A stretch of DNA of 40,948 nt from Verrucomicrobiota bacterium (GCA_033762115.1 JANRLX010000024.1:1-40948), one strand, 5' to 3'. Shown: positions 16,775-27,092, counted from the stretch's first letter. Program-made: numbers and translations. Notes: generated by a model not told the origin, from the sequence alone.

Positions 16775-17074
16775 ATGCAACCAACGGACATTCAGCAGAT
16801 TGGGGAGGAGCTTGCGATCAGGTGGAGCGATGGCCGTGAATCTTTTTTTAAACTGGAACAATTGCGCCGCCATTGTCCCTGCGCCGGTTGCAAGGGAGAG
16901 ATGGACATCATGGGGAACGTTTATAAGGGGACGGAGAAAGCGTTGACTGCAAATGCATTCAAGCTGGTGCGGGTGAACCGGGTGGGGACCTATGGAATCA
17001 ACCCGCTCTGGGGGGATGGCCACGCGACGGGAATTTATAGTTTCGAATACCTGGGGCGACTGGAACAGACCTGA
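16775..17074 (+). CDS. DUF971 (GBBH-like N-terminal) protein
   Basis: WSDG, LRRHCPCAGC, VGTYG, WGDGHATGIYSFEYL. Confidence 0.9.
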   Translation: MQPTDIQQIGEELAIRWSDGRESFFKLEQLRRHCPCAGCKGEMDIMGNVYKGTEKALTANAFKLVRVNRVGTYGINPLWGDGHATGIYSFEYLGRLEQT

Positions 17075-17116
17075 TTTCTGCTGCAAAATCAGACCTGATG
17101 ACTTACCTTGGGCCGT

Positions 17117-19150
17117 ATGAAATCGGGTGTATGGATTTGCCTTCTTTTCGCATGGACAATGATCGAGGGGGAGGGATCGGACCAATCTTTTGAGATCAAG
17201 GCGGACCGGTTTGCGGACATCCAGGTGTTGCGTTACCGGGCGCCGGGTTTCGATCAACTGACACTTCAACAGAAGAAACTGGCTTATTACCTTGCCGAGG
17301 CTGGCTTGAGTGGCCGGGATATTTTTTATGACCAGCGGTACAAGCACAACCTGAGGGTAAGGAAGACGCTGGAGGGAATCCTCAAAAGTTATGAGGGGAA
17401 CCGGCAGAGCCCGGATTTTGAAAAATTCCTGGTTTACGCAAGGCGGGTGTTTTTTGCGAATGGGATTCATCACCACTATTCCAACACCAAGATGCTGCCG
17501 GATTTCAGCCGGGAATATTTCCGTGAGTTACTGGAGAAGTCTGACCTGTCGAAACTGCCATTGGCGGGGAAACCGATTGAAGATTTTCGTGCGTTGATCG
17601 AACCAGTCATTTTCGATCCGAAAGTGGCGGCCAAAGTGGTCGATCTTTCGGCTGACGTGGATAATGTGACCGCTTCGGCGAGCAATTTTTATGAGGGAGT
17701 GACGGAACAGGAGGTGGAGGCGTATTACGAGGCGCTTCGGAAAAAAAGCGGAAACCCACGGCTCTCTCACGGGTTGAACAGCAAGGTTGTCAAAGAAAAT
17801 GGGGAGGTCAGGGAGAAGGTCTGGAAAGTTGGTGGGATGTATAGCGCCGCAATCGAACGGATTGTTTTCTGGCTTGAGAAGGCGGTGACAGTGGCAGAGA
17901 CGGAAGAGCAGCGGGATTCGCTGAGGCACCTGATTGAGTATTACAAAACCGGAGATCTCCAGAAGTTTGATGAACATTGCATCGCGTGGGTGAAGGACAC
18001 GAAATCACGGATTGATGCGGTGAATGGGTTTATTGAGGTTTACCAGGACCCGATGCAAAAGAAGGGTAGTTTTGAATCGGTGGTGTCGTTGAGGGATGAA
18101 GAAGCGAGCAGGCGGATCGATACCATTTCCCAATCCGCTCAATGGTTTGAAGACCATTCTCCGATCAAACCGGAGCACAAAAAGAAAAACGTGGTCGGGA
18201 TTTCAGCGAAGGTGATCACAGTCGTAAGTGAGGTGGGGGATTCTGCGCCAGCCACGCCGGTGGGGATCAACCTGCCGAATGCGGAATGGATCCGGGAGCA
18301 GCATGGGTCCAAATCGGTGACGATTGGGAATATCATGGCTGCCTATAACGAGGTGCGATCCAGGAGTCCGATGATCGATGAATTCGGGGCGACTCCCGAG
18401 ATCATTGAGCGGGTGAAGAAGCATGGGGCGCTGGCGCGGACGTTGCATGTGGACATGCATGAAGTGATCGGTCATGCCTCAGGCCAGATTAATCCCGGGG
18501 TGGGGAACACTGACAAGACGTTGAAAGGGTATGCCGGGACATTGGAGGAAGCGCGTGCTGATCTTGTGGCTTTGTATTATGCACTGGATCCAAAGCTGCT
18601 TGAAATCGGGGTGATGCCTTCGATGGAAGTAGGAAAAGCGGATTATGATTCCTATATCCTGGAGGGTTTAATGACGCAGTTGTACCGGGTTGAACCGGGA
18701 CATGACCTTGAGGAGGCGCACATGAGGAACCGGCAGTTGGTTTCTGCATGGGCGTATGAAAAAGGCCTGGGTGAACGGGTGATTGAACGAAGTCAGCGAG
18801 AGGGGAAAACCTATTTCAAAGTCAACGATTACGAGAAACTCCGAAAAATATTCGGCGAGTTGTTGCGAGAGATCCAGCGGATCAAATCTGAGGGGGATTA
18901 CGAGGCGGGAAAAAACCTCGTGGAAACGTATGGAGTGAAGGTGGACCAGGAGCTGTTGAAGGAAGTCCATCTTCGATACAAGCCGCTGAACATTGCGCCC
19001 TACATGGGTTTTATCCAGCCGCGATTGGTCCCGGTCACGAACGAGCAAACCGGTGAGATCAGGGAGATCAAGATCGAGTATCCCACTGATTTCATCGGGC
19101 AGATGCTTGAGTACGCGGATAAGTATTCATACCTGCCGATTGAAAATTAA
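17117..19150 (+). CDS. Dipeptidyl-peptidase III family (M49) metallopeptidase, probably exported
   Basis: FADIQVLRY, GFIEVY, GINLPN, HEVIGH (HEXXGH), EEARAD, EEAHMR; hydrophobic N-terminus. Confidence 0.9.
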   Translation: MKSGVWICLLFAWTMIEGEGSDQSFEIKADRFADIQVLRYRAPGFDQLTLQQKKLAYYLAEAGLSGRDIFYDQRYKHNLRVRKTLEGILKSYEGNRQSPDFEKFLVYARRVFFANGIHHHYSNTKMLPDFSREYFRELLEKSDLSKLPLAGKPIEDFRALIEPVIFDPKVAAKVVDLSADVDNVTASASNFYEGVTEQEVEAYYEALRKKSGNPRLSHGLNSKVVKENGEVREKVWKVGGMYSAAIERIVFWLEKAVTVAETEEQRDSLRHLIEYYKTGDLQKFDEHCIAWVKDTKSRIDAVNGFIEVYQDPMQKKGSFESVVSLRDEEASRRIDTISQSAQWFEDHSPIKPEHKKKNVVGISAKVITVVSEVGDSAPATPVGINLPNAEWIREQHGSKSVTIGNIMAAYNEVRSRSPMIDEFGATPEIIERVKKHGALARTLHVDMHEVIGHASGQINPGVGNTDKTLKGYAGTLEEARADLVALYYALDPKLLEIGVMPSMEVGKADYDSYILEGLMTQLYRVEPGHDLEEAHMRNRQLVSAWAYEKGLGERVIERSQREGKTYFKVNDYEKLRKIFGELLREIQRIKSEGDYEAGKNLVETYGVKVDQELLKEVHLRYKPLNIAPYMGFIQPRLVPVTNEQTGEIREIKIEYPTDFIGQMLEYADKYSYLPIEN

Positions 19151-19202
19151 GGATGACCTTCAGAGTTGACTTGAGGCAAGGTGCGTCCCAGCTTTCGTAA
19201 CT

Positions 19203-19685
19203 ATGCAGTCTGATGATTTTCAAAAGAAGGTGGCCGAAGCGATTGCCAACCCCCGGAACATGGGAGAAATGGAGACGGCTGACGCGGTCGGCACGGTGGG
19301 CAGCCCCAACTGCGGGGACATGGTACGGATGTGGATCAAGTTCAAGGAAGAGCAGGGAAGAAAAGTCATCGACAAAGCGACTTTTCAAACATTTGGTTGC
19401 GAAACAGCCATCGCGGTGGCCAGCCTTGCCACGGAGATGATCCGCGGGAAAACAGCGGATGAGGCATTGGCGCTGTCCGGGAGCGAACTGGCTTCTGAAC
19501 TGGGGCCGCTGCCGCCGATGAAAATTCATTGCGGGCAGCTGGTGGAAGGGGCGTTGCGGAATGCCTTGTCACCCGCCGCGAATCTTGAAAAACAGGTTTC
19601 CACACCTGCGCTGAAGCAGGGCACCACATTGATTGAGAGCCTGAACAGTGAGGATAAAAAAGTAAAAATTACCCTGCTGGATTAA
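19203..19685 (+). CDS. iscU: IscU/NifU-N type Fe-S cluster scaffold
   Basis: NPRNMG, GSPNCGD, FGC, LPPMKIHC (three conserved Cys); about 35 aa C-terminal extension. Confidence 0.85.
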   Translation: MQSDDFQKKVAEAIANPRNMGEMETADAVGTVGSPNCGDMVRMWIKFKEEQGRKVIDKATFQTFGCETAIAVASLATEMIRGKTADEALALSGSELASELGPLPPMKIHCGQLVEGALRNALSPAANLEKQVSTPALKQGTTLIESLNSEDKKVKITLLD

Positions 19686-19697
19686 TATCAAGTAATT

Positions 19698-20516
19698 ATG
19701 GGAAATGAGCTGACGATTGGGTTTTTAGGCGCAGGGAAAATGGCATCAGCCCTTGCGAAGGGGATGATCAACGCCCAGCTCGTTTCAGAAGCAGGGGTGC
19801 TGGCAAGTGATCCCGTGGCGGCTTCCCGTGAATCTTTCAAGGCAGACACCAAAGTGACGGCGACGGGAGACAATCGTGAGGTGGTGCGAAAGGCGCAGGT
19901 TCTTTTTATTGCGGTCAAACCGGACCAGGTACGGGAACTTTTGCGGGAGATCCAAGGTGAGGTGACAGCAAATCACCTGATTGTTTCCATTGCGGCAGGG
20001 ATTCCGACTTCAACCCTGGAGAATCAGCTGCCGCCACAGAGCCGGGTCATTCGGGTGATGCCAAATACGCCAGCCCTGGTGGGAGCCTCAGCTTCCGCCT
20101 ATGCCCGCGGGCAAACCGCGACAGCGCAGGATGCGGCGCTGGTGGAGAAACTTTTGAGCTCGGTGGGCCTTGCCTACGAGGTCAAGGAGCTGTTGCTCGA
20201 CGCAGTCACAGGATTAAGTGGAAGCGGCCCTGCATATGCGTATCTGCTGATCGAAGCGCTGAGCGATGGTGGGGTGGCAGAGGGGTTGCCCAGAGAGATT
20301 GCGACGAAGCTTGCGGCGCAAACGTTATTGGGCGCGGCGAAGATGGTCCTGGAAACAGGAAAACACCCGGGAGCGTTGAAGGACATGGTAACCAGCCCCG
20401 GTGGAACGACGATTGAGGGGTTGCATCAGCTTGAACTGGGGGGAGTCAGGGGTGCGTTAATTGATGCAGTGCGGGCAGCGAGCGAAAAGTCACGACAACT
20501 GGGAGGACGATCATGA
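19698..20516 (+). CDS. proC: Pyrroline-5-carboxylate reductase
   Basis: GFLGAGKMA, AVKP, SIAAG, RVMPNTP, GLSGSGPAY, VTSPGGTT. Confidence 0.96.
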   Translation: MGNELTIGFLGAGKMASALAKGMINAQLVSEAGVLASDPVAASRESFKADTKVTATGDNREVVRKAQVLFIAVKPDQVRELLREIQGEVTANHLIVSIAAGIPTSTLENQLPPQSRVIRVMPNTPALVGASASAYARGQTATAQDAALVEKLLSSVGLAYEVKELLLDAVTGLSGSGPAYAYLLIEALSDGGVAEGLPREIATKLAAQTLLGAAKMVLETGKHPGALKDMVTSPGGTTIEGLHQLELGGVRGALIDAVRAASEKSRQLGGRS

Positions 20517-21061
20517 ATCATTACGAATGGCCGCTGGAATTCCGGAAAGTTTATGACGCCGGATTAAAGCGTTACCATCAGGGAGTGAAGCAGCCAGATG
20601 GGATGTTTCAGGCTACGGAATTGAAATTCCTTGGTGAGATCGGATGCAGCGCGCAGGAGCTTTATGATTTCATCGATGACAATGTCCGTTATGGGGAGCC
20701 AGCGTTCGAGACAGCTCTGCTGGTTGCAGCAGCACGACGGGAATATTTTATTTATGTGATGAACGGGAAGCCTTCCGGAAAAACCGTTTCGATGGACGAC
20801 CTGCCGGGGAAAAAAACCGCTGTCGACGGGATCGCCTGGCTGCCACGTTTGATTGTGAAAGCACGGCTGAAGCTGCGTGGGGAGATGCCTGCGGATTTAA
20901 TGTTTGGCTGCGGAGGAGACCGGCCATTCTTGCAGAGCCTGGGAATAGAATTGTCTGAATTTCTTCGTTTTGTCTGGGCTGCGGGGGATGACGACCGCAA
21001 GGTCATTGACTGGGTGAAGGGAAAAATTCAGGAAGGTCGTCTTGATGTCTGGCAACCTTAG
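20513..21061 (+). CDS. DUF5069-like protein
   Basis: GIAWLPRLIVKARLKLRGEMP...FGCGGDRPFL; ATGA overlap with proC. Confidence 0.7.
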   Translation: MNHYEWPLEFRKVYDAGLKRYHQGVKQPDGMFQATELKFLGEIGCSAQELYDFIDDNVRYGEPAFETALLVAAARREYFIYVMNGKPSGKTVSMDDLPGKKTAVDGIAWLPRLIVKARLKLRGEMPADLMFGCGGDRPFLQSLGIELSEFLRFVWAAGDDDRKVIDWVKGKIQEGRLDVWQP

Positions 21062-21121
21062 AAGCCGTCTCATAAATGAGATTGGTTTGAGGAGAGTTTC
21101 AGGCTTATTGAGAGGTTTTTT
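21058..21121. mobile_element. Truncated/decayed MITE copy (left TIR nearly intact)
   Basis: TTAGAAGCCGTCTCATAAATG (21058-21078) is 20/21 identical to the TIR at 29525-29545; a degenerate right end CTTATTGAGAGGTTTTTT lies at 21104-21121. Confidence 0.75.
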
Positions 21122-21225
21122 GGCAGTGATATCCGGGTGAAAATCCCTGGGAATACACGATTTGTCCATTTATGGAGATGATTTCCAGGCGGTTGAGGAA
21201 CTGTTTTGACAGTGTATGGTTGCGT

Positions 21226-21858
21226 ATGCGATCGCCGCTTTTGAATCTCTTTCTGCTCTGTGTTTTTTCCTCCCTGTTGTTCACTGCCTACGCCCAGGGG
21301 CAGCAACGGATCCTGATTATTGGGGATAGCATTGCAGCCGGATATGGGATCGATTCGGAAGCGGCGTTTCCTGCGTTGTTGCAAAAGAAGATCGACGCGG
21401 AAAACCTGAATTTTCAGGTCGTGAATGCCGGGGTGAGCGGCGATACGACCGCGGGAGGGTTGCGCAGGATTGATTGGCTGCTGCGACAGCCAGCAGAGGT
21501 CATCGTGATTGAACTTGGTGGGAACGACGGGTTGCGCGGAATCCCGCCCAGCGAGACGAAAGCAAACCTGGCTGGAATGATTCAAAAAATTCGTGAGAAA
21601 TCGCCCCGGACGCGGATCGTCCTGGCCGGAATGCAGATGCCACCCAACATGGGAGAAAAATATGTGACGGAATTTGCGGCGTTATACCCGGCCCTAAGCA
21701 CGGAGTATAAAACTGAACTGATTCCGTTTGTGTTGGAAGGGGTGGGGGGAAAACCGGATCTGAACCAGGAGGATCGTATTCATCCCACCGAAAAAGGGCA
21801 TCAAATCATTGCGGAAACCGTGTGGAAAACCCTCGGCCCGATTTTGCGCAAAAGTTAA
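21226..21858 (+). CDS. Arylesterase / TesA-like SGNH (GDSL) hydrolase, exported
   Basis: Signal peptide (AYA/Q), [31 protein letters not shown]. Confidence 0.92.
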   Translation: MRSPLLNLFLLCVFSSLLFTAYAQGQQRILIIGDSIAAGYGIDSEAAFPALLQKKIDAENLNFQVVNAGVSGDTTAGGLRRIDWLLRQPAEVIVIELGGNDGLRGIPPSETKANLAGMIQKIREKSPRTRIVLAGMQMPPNMGEKYVTEFAALYPALSTEYKTELIPFVLEGVGGKPDLNQEDRIHPTEKGHQIIAETVWKTLGPILRKS

Positions 21859-22424
21859 GCTTTCAGTTCCAAAAAATTCTGGAGGATCATTCGACCGTTT
21901 TCTGTGAGGATGCTTTCCGGGTGGAACTGAACACCCCAGATGGGGAGCTCCTTGTGACGAATGCCCATGATTTCGCCCTCCTCAGTCTGGGCGGTGACTT
22001 CAAGAAAATCGGGGAGAGTATCCCGCTGGATCACGAGGGAATGATAGCGGGTCGCTGGAAAGGGATTAGGCATCCCTTTGAAAAGGTCCTTGCCATTATG
22101 ATGAATCATGGAGGTTTTTCCATGCATCATGCGATAATTGACAATGACCTTGGCGCCGAAGGTGTGACCGATGCATTGATGTCCCAGGCAGACACCAAGA
22201 AGCGGTATTTCCTTGCCAAAGGTGCGGATGACTTCGTTGGAAAGTCCGGATTCATTAGGAGAGCAAGGGCCAGGTGAGACAAGGATACGGTCTGGTTTGA
22301 GAGAGCGGATTTGATCGAGGCTGATCTGGTCATTGCGATGGACCTGGAGTTCAGCCTTCATTTCGCCAAGGTACTGAACCAGGTTGTATGTGAATGAATC
22401 GTAATTATCGATCACCAGGACCAT
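21855..22424 (-). CDS. trpG: Anthranilate / aminodeoxychorismate synthase component II (glutamine amidotransferase); TrpG and PabA are not distinguishable here
   Basis: [32 protein letters not shown]. Confidence 0.92.
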   Translation of the reverse strand: MVLVIDNYDSFTYNLVQYLGEMKAELQVHRNDQISLDQIRSLKPDRILVSPGPCSPNESGLSNEVIRTFGKEIPLLGVCLGHQCIGHTFGAKVIVNYRMMHGKTSMIHHNGKDLFKGMPNPFPATRYHSLVIQRDTLPDFLEVTAQTEEGEIMGIRHKELPIWGVQFHPESILTENGRMILQNFLELKA

Positions 22425-22542
22425 CAATCAAGGATAACCCTGATTTATGAAGGGGTGAAGAAAAATTGGCATCAGCATGATCCAAATTCAGGAGATTCCC
22501 TATAGCGAATTTTTTGGAGAATTCAGATGCTCACAGCATAGA

Positions 22543-23016
22543 ATGAAGGGGAAAAAATCCATTCTTTTGCTGGACGATCATTATCCAACGATTCATTTGA
22601 TTCGTTCGGTAATCGATGAGTACCAGGGTGCTTTCATTCTTTATAGTTCGGAGCATGCCACGGACATCCGGCAGTTCCTTTTGCAGGGAACTCCCGGGAC
22701 TGGTGAAGTGAGCGGCGTGATTCCACACCTTGTCCTGTGTGCCCAACATAAGCTGGATGAAGAGGGGATCACCTTGCTCAGGGGATTGAAAACGACGCAG
22801 TTAAAAAGGCTCCCAATTGTCATTTTCGCCTACTCAATCATCCAGGAGGAGGTAAATCTTGCCTATGATCTGGGTGCCAACAGCGTGATCCTGTTGCAAA
22901 AGCACACCGATGAACTGAATGGCAGGTTGCTGACGCTGCTCCGCTTCTGGTGCGAAATCGCCGTGACTCCAACCGATCTGCGGGAAAGTAATTTTTCCGG
23001 CATGCTGCCCAACTGA
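22543..23016 (+). CDS. Stand-alone atypical (pseudo) receiver domain, Rcp1-like
   Basis: ILLLDD, PHLVL, LPIVIF and AYDLGANS give a receiver fold; the phosphoacceptor Asp is missing. Start 22477 or 22543. Confidence 0.7.
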   Translation: MKGKKSILLLDDHYPTIHLIRSVIDEYQGAFILYSSEHATDIRQFLLQGTPGTGEVSGVIPHLVLCAQHKLDEEGITLLRGLKTTQLKRLPIVIFAYSIIQEEVNLAYDLGANSVILLQKHTDELNGRLLTLLRFWCEIAVTPTDLRESNFSGMLPN

Positions 23017-23076
23017 ACAGGGATCAGGGTTGTAGAATCGACTTTTCAATTATCGTTGATCTCGCATGCTTGAGGG

Positions 23077-23967
23077 ATGTCCCGAAGCATTCGAATTTCG
23101 CGTCGTTGTTTTCTTCAGGCGATGACCGTCGCCACATTGATCCCGACCGTCCAGGCGGCAGCAAAGCCGTTGATCGGGTCGCAACTTTATGGGTGGGGGC
23201 AATATTATTCGCGAGAGGGAAAGGATTTGTGGAAGCATATGGACGAGGTCCTGTCAGCGTTGCGGGATAGCGGATATGATTATGCCGAAGGGTCGCTGGA
23301 CTGGGGATCACCTGAAAATAATTTTAAATTTGCCGAGCAATTGAAAGGGAAAGGGATGCAGCCGGTGGCGCTTTATTCCGGTGGACGCCTGCATGAAAAG
23401 GCAACTGCCGAGAAAACGGTGGATCAATTTGTGAAAGCAGCGGTGGAAGCGAAAAAGGCGGGATTTTCAGTGATTAATTGCAATCCTGACCCGATTGGAA
23501 GGGAGAAATCAGACCAGGAACTGGCAACCCAGGCGGAAGCGTTGAAGAGGCTGGGAAAAGAGCTAAGCGCGGCGGGGATGAAATTCGGGATTCATAATCA
23601 CACGCCGGAAATGGTCAATCATGCGCGGGAGTTTCACTTTAATTTCCAAAAGACGGAACCTCAGACTGTGGGATTTTGTTTTGACGTTGATTGGGTCAAT
23701 CGCGGTGGAGTCAAACCGGAGCAGGCGTTAAAGGATTATGGGAAACGGATTGTTTCATGGCACCTTCGTCAAAGCCGGGATGGGGTCTGGTGGGAGGACC
23801 TGGATGAGGGAGAGATCAATTATCCAGGATTGCTGAAAGCTGCGATGGAGAAGGGAGCTGCGCCGGTTTATACAGTGGAGCTGGCCCTGGAGGAGAAAAC
23901 CAGGATAACCCGTTCAGTGGTGGAAAATCATCGACGGAGCATCAAGTACCTTAAATCCATTCTCTAA
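23077..23967 (+). CDS. Tat-exported sugar-phosphate isomerase/epimerase (xylose-isomerase-like TIM barrel)
   Basis: SRRCFL Tat motif, GYDYAE, IHNHTPE, CFDVDW, HLR, GEINY, VE. Confidence 0.85.
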   Translation: MSRSIRISRRCFLQAMTVATLIPTVQAAAKPLIGSQLYGWGQYYSREGKDLWKHMDEVLSALRDSGYDYAEGSLDWGSPENNFKFAEQLKGKGMQPVALYSGGRLHEKATAEKTVDQFVKAAVEAKKAGFSVINCNPDPIGREKSDQELATQAEALKRLGKELSAAGMKFGIHNHTPEMVNHAREFHFNFQKTEPQTVGFCFDVDWVNRGGVKPEQALKDYGKRIVSWHLRQSRDGVWWEDLDEGEINYPGLLKAAMEKGAAPVYTVELALEEKTRITRSVVENHRRSIKYLKSIL

Positions 23968-23969
23968 GT

Positions 23970-26900
23970 ATGCCAAAGGTCGGTTTGCAGATGTTCCTGA
24001 TCACGGCATGCTTTTTCATGAGTGGGATGGCCGGGCTGATTTATCAGGTGGCCTGGGCGCGTTATCTTGCATTGTTTCTTGGCCATACCTCCTATGCAGT
24101 GGTTGCAGTCCTGGTGGCATTCATGGGTGGGCTTGCATTAGGGAATGCGTGGTTGGGCCGCCGGGCTGACACGACACGGAGCCCGTTAAAGTTGTATGGC
24201 TGGCTGGAAATCGCCATTGGGATTTATGGAGTGCTGTTCCCTTTTTATTACCAATTTTGTTACGACTGGTTCATCATTCTTGGGCGAAATGTTGAAGTGG
24301 GATCGCCGTTGCTGCTGGTTCTGAAGTTTTTGTTCAGCCTTCTCCTTGTTCTTCTCCCGACCACGCTCATGGGCGCGACCCTTCCCGTGCTGACCCGTTT
24401 CGTGACGAGTTCATTGGACACCCTGCGTGAGCGGGTGGCGTGGCTTTATTTTATTAACAGCCTGGGGGCGGTGATGGGATGCATTGTGGGAGATTTCTGG
24501 TGGATTCCCAAATGGGGACTTGAGGTGACAGTCTATGGCGCTGCGATGATCAATATTGTGGCAGGGATTGTTTGCCTGGTGATTGATCGAAAGAATGACC
24601 TGATGCCCATTGCTGCGGCTGGAATATCGAACGAAACCTCGGAACGATATACTCCACGTGAATTGCGATTTGCGGTGGTGGGAATCGGGATCTCCGGGTT
24701 TGTCGCGATGCTTTATGAAGTGGCGTGGACACGTCTTCTCGCGCTGAGTCTTGGGTCCAGCTCCCACGCTTTTTCAATAATGCTGATCACTTTTATCGCC
24801 GGGATTGCCACGGGCAGCGCGATTGTGGCTCGCTGGAAAAAGTTGAAAAATACGCTGGAAGCATTTGCCTGGGCGGAAATCGCACTTGGGGTGACGGTCC
24901 TGGTTTCGATGTTTTTTTATGAACCGATGCCATTTGTCTTTGCGAAAGCGTCATTGACCCTGGCCAAAACGCCGGATGCCTATGTGCTTTACCAACTGGT
25001 CCAGGCAACGGTCTGTTTTATGGTGATGTTCATCCCGGCAACGATCCTGGGAACGACGTTACCGTTTGTCAGTCGAATCGCCACAAGTGAAATTCAAAAA
25101 ACAGGGAAGTCGATTGGTGGGGTGTTTGCGGTAAACACGGTTGGAACGGTGCTCGGTGCGGGTATGACGGGGTTGTTGTTATTGCCCTGGCTTGGGCTGG
25201 CGCGGACATTTGCCATAGGAGCGGCTTTGAACATTCTTGTGGGTTATTTCATTTTAAGGATGCGATCCAATCAGCTTTCAATCGGGAGAATTGCCATTCC
25301 CATCGCGGTGAGCCTTGCGGTAGTCCTGGGGGCAGGAGCGTTTTTTTCAGGGAAATGGGTCCGGGCAAACTCTTTCTCCCTTTGGAGATCAAGCTCGCTT
25401 CCAAGTTACGAGCAGTTCCGCAAACAGGCGGAGGAGCGCCAGATTGTTTATCATGAGGATGGAGCTGGTTCCTCGGTAACGGTGATTGAGTATCCTTCAG
25501 GCGAGGGTAAAGCGAGAAGTCTTTTGGTGAATGGCAAAGCAGATGCAGGAACTACAGGAGACATGGGAACCCAGCTTTTGCTTGCGCATATCCCATTATT
25601 TCTCAAACCGAATTCTGAAGATATCCTGGTGATCGGGTTGGGAAGCGGGGTGACCTGCGGCGCGGCCCTGGGGCATCCCCAAGTGAAATCGGTGGAGGTA
25701 GTCGAGATTTCGCCTGAGGTTGTTGAGGCTGCGGAGGCGTTTAGTGAGTTCAATCACAACGCCCTGAAAAATCCCCGGCTGAAGGTGCATATCGAGGATG
25801 CAAAGTCTTTTTTAAACCTTACTCCACGTTTATACGATGTGGTTATCAGTGAGCCATCCAATCCCTGGATGGCAGGTGTGGCATCAGTTTTCACACATGA
25901 ATATTATGTCCAGTGTGCCAATGCCCTGAAAACCAACGGGATCATGGTCCAATGGCTGCAGTATTATGAATTTGATGACGCTGCGATGGAAATGGTGATT
26001 CGAACTTTTGGCCAAACCTTCCCGATCATCAGCATCTGGCATACTGCCAGCGGTGATCTGATGCTTGTGGGCTCGAAGGAGGTTCGAGAGGAATCTTTGG
26101 AAAACGTGCTTCAGGCCATGAAACATCCGCAAGTGCAGGAGGACCTCAAGCGAATCCGGATGGATAACCCGTTCCTGTTTCTCATGCACGAGATTGTCTC
26201 ACAGTATAATGGATTGTTTATTGCATTACAGAATGGGCCGATTCATACGGACCTGAATCCCACGCTGGAATACGTTGCTCAAAAAGCGTTTGTTCTGAAG
26301 TCCTCGGCGATGAACTGGTACTGGTACTCGGAAAACCTTCAGCCACGTTCCGAAACTTTGCTCGGGAAGTGGCTCAAAACAAATCAACTGAGCCGCGAGG
26401 ATTTCCAGGCGTTCAGCCGCTACGTTGTGGATGCCAAGGTGCTTGATGACCGAATAGGGAGAAGCGTTGCCAGCGAATGGCAAAAGCGGTTTCCGGATTC
26501 TGCGGAAGCGCTGGCATTTCCCCAGCAGTTCGGCAGTTTCCAAAGTCCGGCGGTTGCGGAGGCATTGCGGTTAAGGCAATCACATGCCACAATTTTGGAG
26601 GAAGGGAAAACGTCACCGCAATTGCTTCGTTATTATCGAGGGGTCCTGATGCAGTCCTATCGAAATGCAAAAAGCATTTTTCATTCGCCTTCCACCGACC
26701 AACTAATGGAAGCGCTCAACCGCCTTATTGAATTGGATGCAGACAATCGCGCGGTGTATTTATTGAACCAGGCGGAGATTGCCTGGGACCAGGGTGACGA
26801 TGAGAGGAGCTTGCGTTTGGCGGAAGAGGCATTTGCTCCAAAACCGGGGGCGGACCAGGTGAGCAGGTTTTCAACAGACCCGAATGCACCTTATATTGTT

Positions 26901-27092
26901 TTGAAAAACATGATCCAGAGCCTTTGGGCCAAACGGGACCTTCGCGGTGCACTGGAGGTGGCGTTGCAGGCTGAGAAGCAGGGTTATCTGAAAGGTTCCA
27001 GTGTGGCCCAGCTCCAGTTGAAACTCTGGGTGAACAAAATTTTTGTGATCAGCGAAGCCCGGTTGGTCAATTCTACTTTGCCACGACTTTGA
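23970..27092 (+). CDS. Fused MFS-like / spermidine-synthase-like protein with helical (TPR-like) C-terminal extension
   Basis: SGMAGLIYQVAW multi-TM domain, then VNGKAD, VIGLGSGVT, VEISPEV, EDAKSF, SEPSNPW, plus about 250 aa of helical tail. Confidence 0.88.
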   Translation: MPKVGLQMFLITACFFMSGMAGLIYQVAWARYLALFLGHTSYAVVAVLVAFMGGLALGNAWLGRRADTTRSPLKLYGWLEIAIGIYGVLFPFYYQFCYDWFIILGRNVEVGSPLLLVLKFLFSLLLVLLPTTLMGATLPVLTRFVTSSLDTLRERVAWLYFINSLGAVMGCIVGDFWWIPKWGLEVTVYGAAMINIVAGIVCLVIDRKNDLMPIAAAGISNETSERYTPRELRFAVVGIGISGFVAMLYEVAWTRLLALSLGSSSHAFSIMLITFIAGIATGSAIVARWKKLKNTLEAFAWAEIALGVTVLVSMFFYEPMPFVFAKASLTLAKTPDAYVLYQLVQATVCFMVMFIPATILGTTLPFVSRIATSEIQKTGKSIGGVFAVNTVGTVLGAGMTGLLLLPWLGLARTFAIGAALNILVGYFILRMRSNQLSIGRIAIPIAVSLAVVLGAGAFFSGKWVRANSFSLWRSSSLPSYEQFRKQAEERQIVYHEDGAGSSVTVIEYPSGEGKARSLLVNGKADAGTTGDMGTQLLLAHIPLFLKPNSEDILVIGLGSGVTCGAALGHPQVKSVEVVEISPEVVEAAEAFSEFNHNALKNPRLKVHIEDAKSFLNLTPRLYDVVISEPSNPWMAGVASVFTHEYYVQCANALKTNGIMVQWLQYYEFDDAAMEMVIRTFGQTFPIISIWHTASGDLMLVGSKEVREESLENVLQAMKHPQVQEDLKRIRMDNPFLFLMHEIVSQYNGLFIALQNGPIHTDLNPTLEYVAQKAFVLKSSAMNWYWYSENLQPRSETLLGKWLKTNQLSREDFQAFSRYVVDAKVLDDRIGRSVASEWQKRFPDSAEALAFPQQFGSFQSPAVAEALRLRQSHATILEEGKTSPQLLRYYRGVLMQSYRNAKSIFHSPSTDQLMEALNRLIELDADNRAVYLLNQAEIAWDQGDDERSLRLAEEAFAPKPGADQVSRFSTDPNAPYIVLKNMIQSLWAKRDLRGALEVALQAEKQGYLKGSSVAQLQLKLWVNKIFVISEARLVNSTLPRL

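Noticed and set aside
22467..22482. TGGCATCAGCATGA as a sigma54 promoter for the pseudo-receiver
   Set aside because: Lacks GC at the -12 position.
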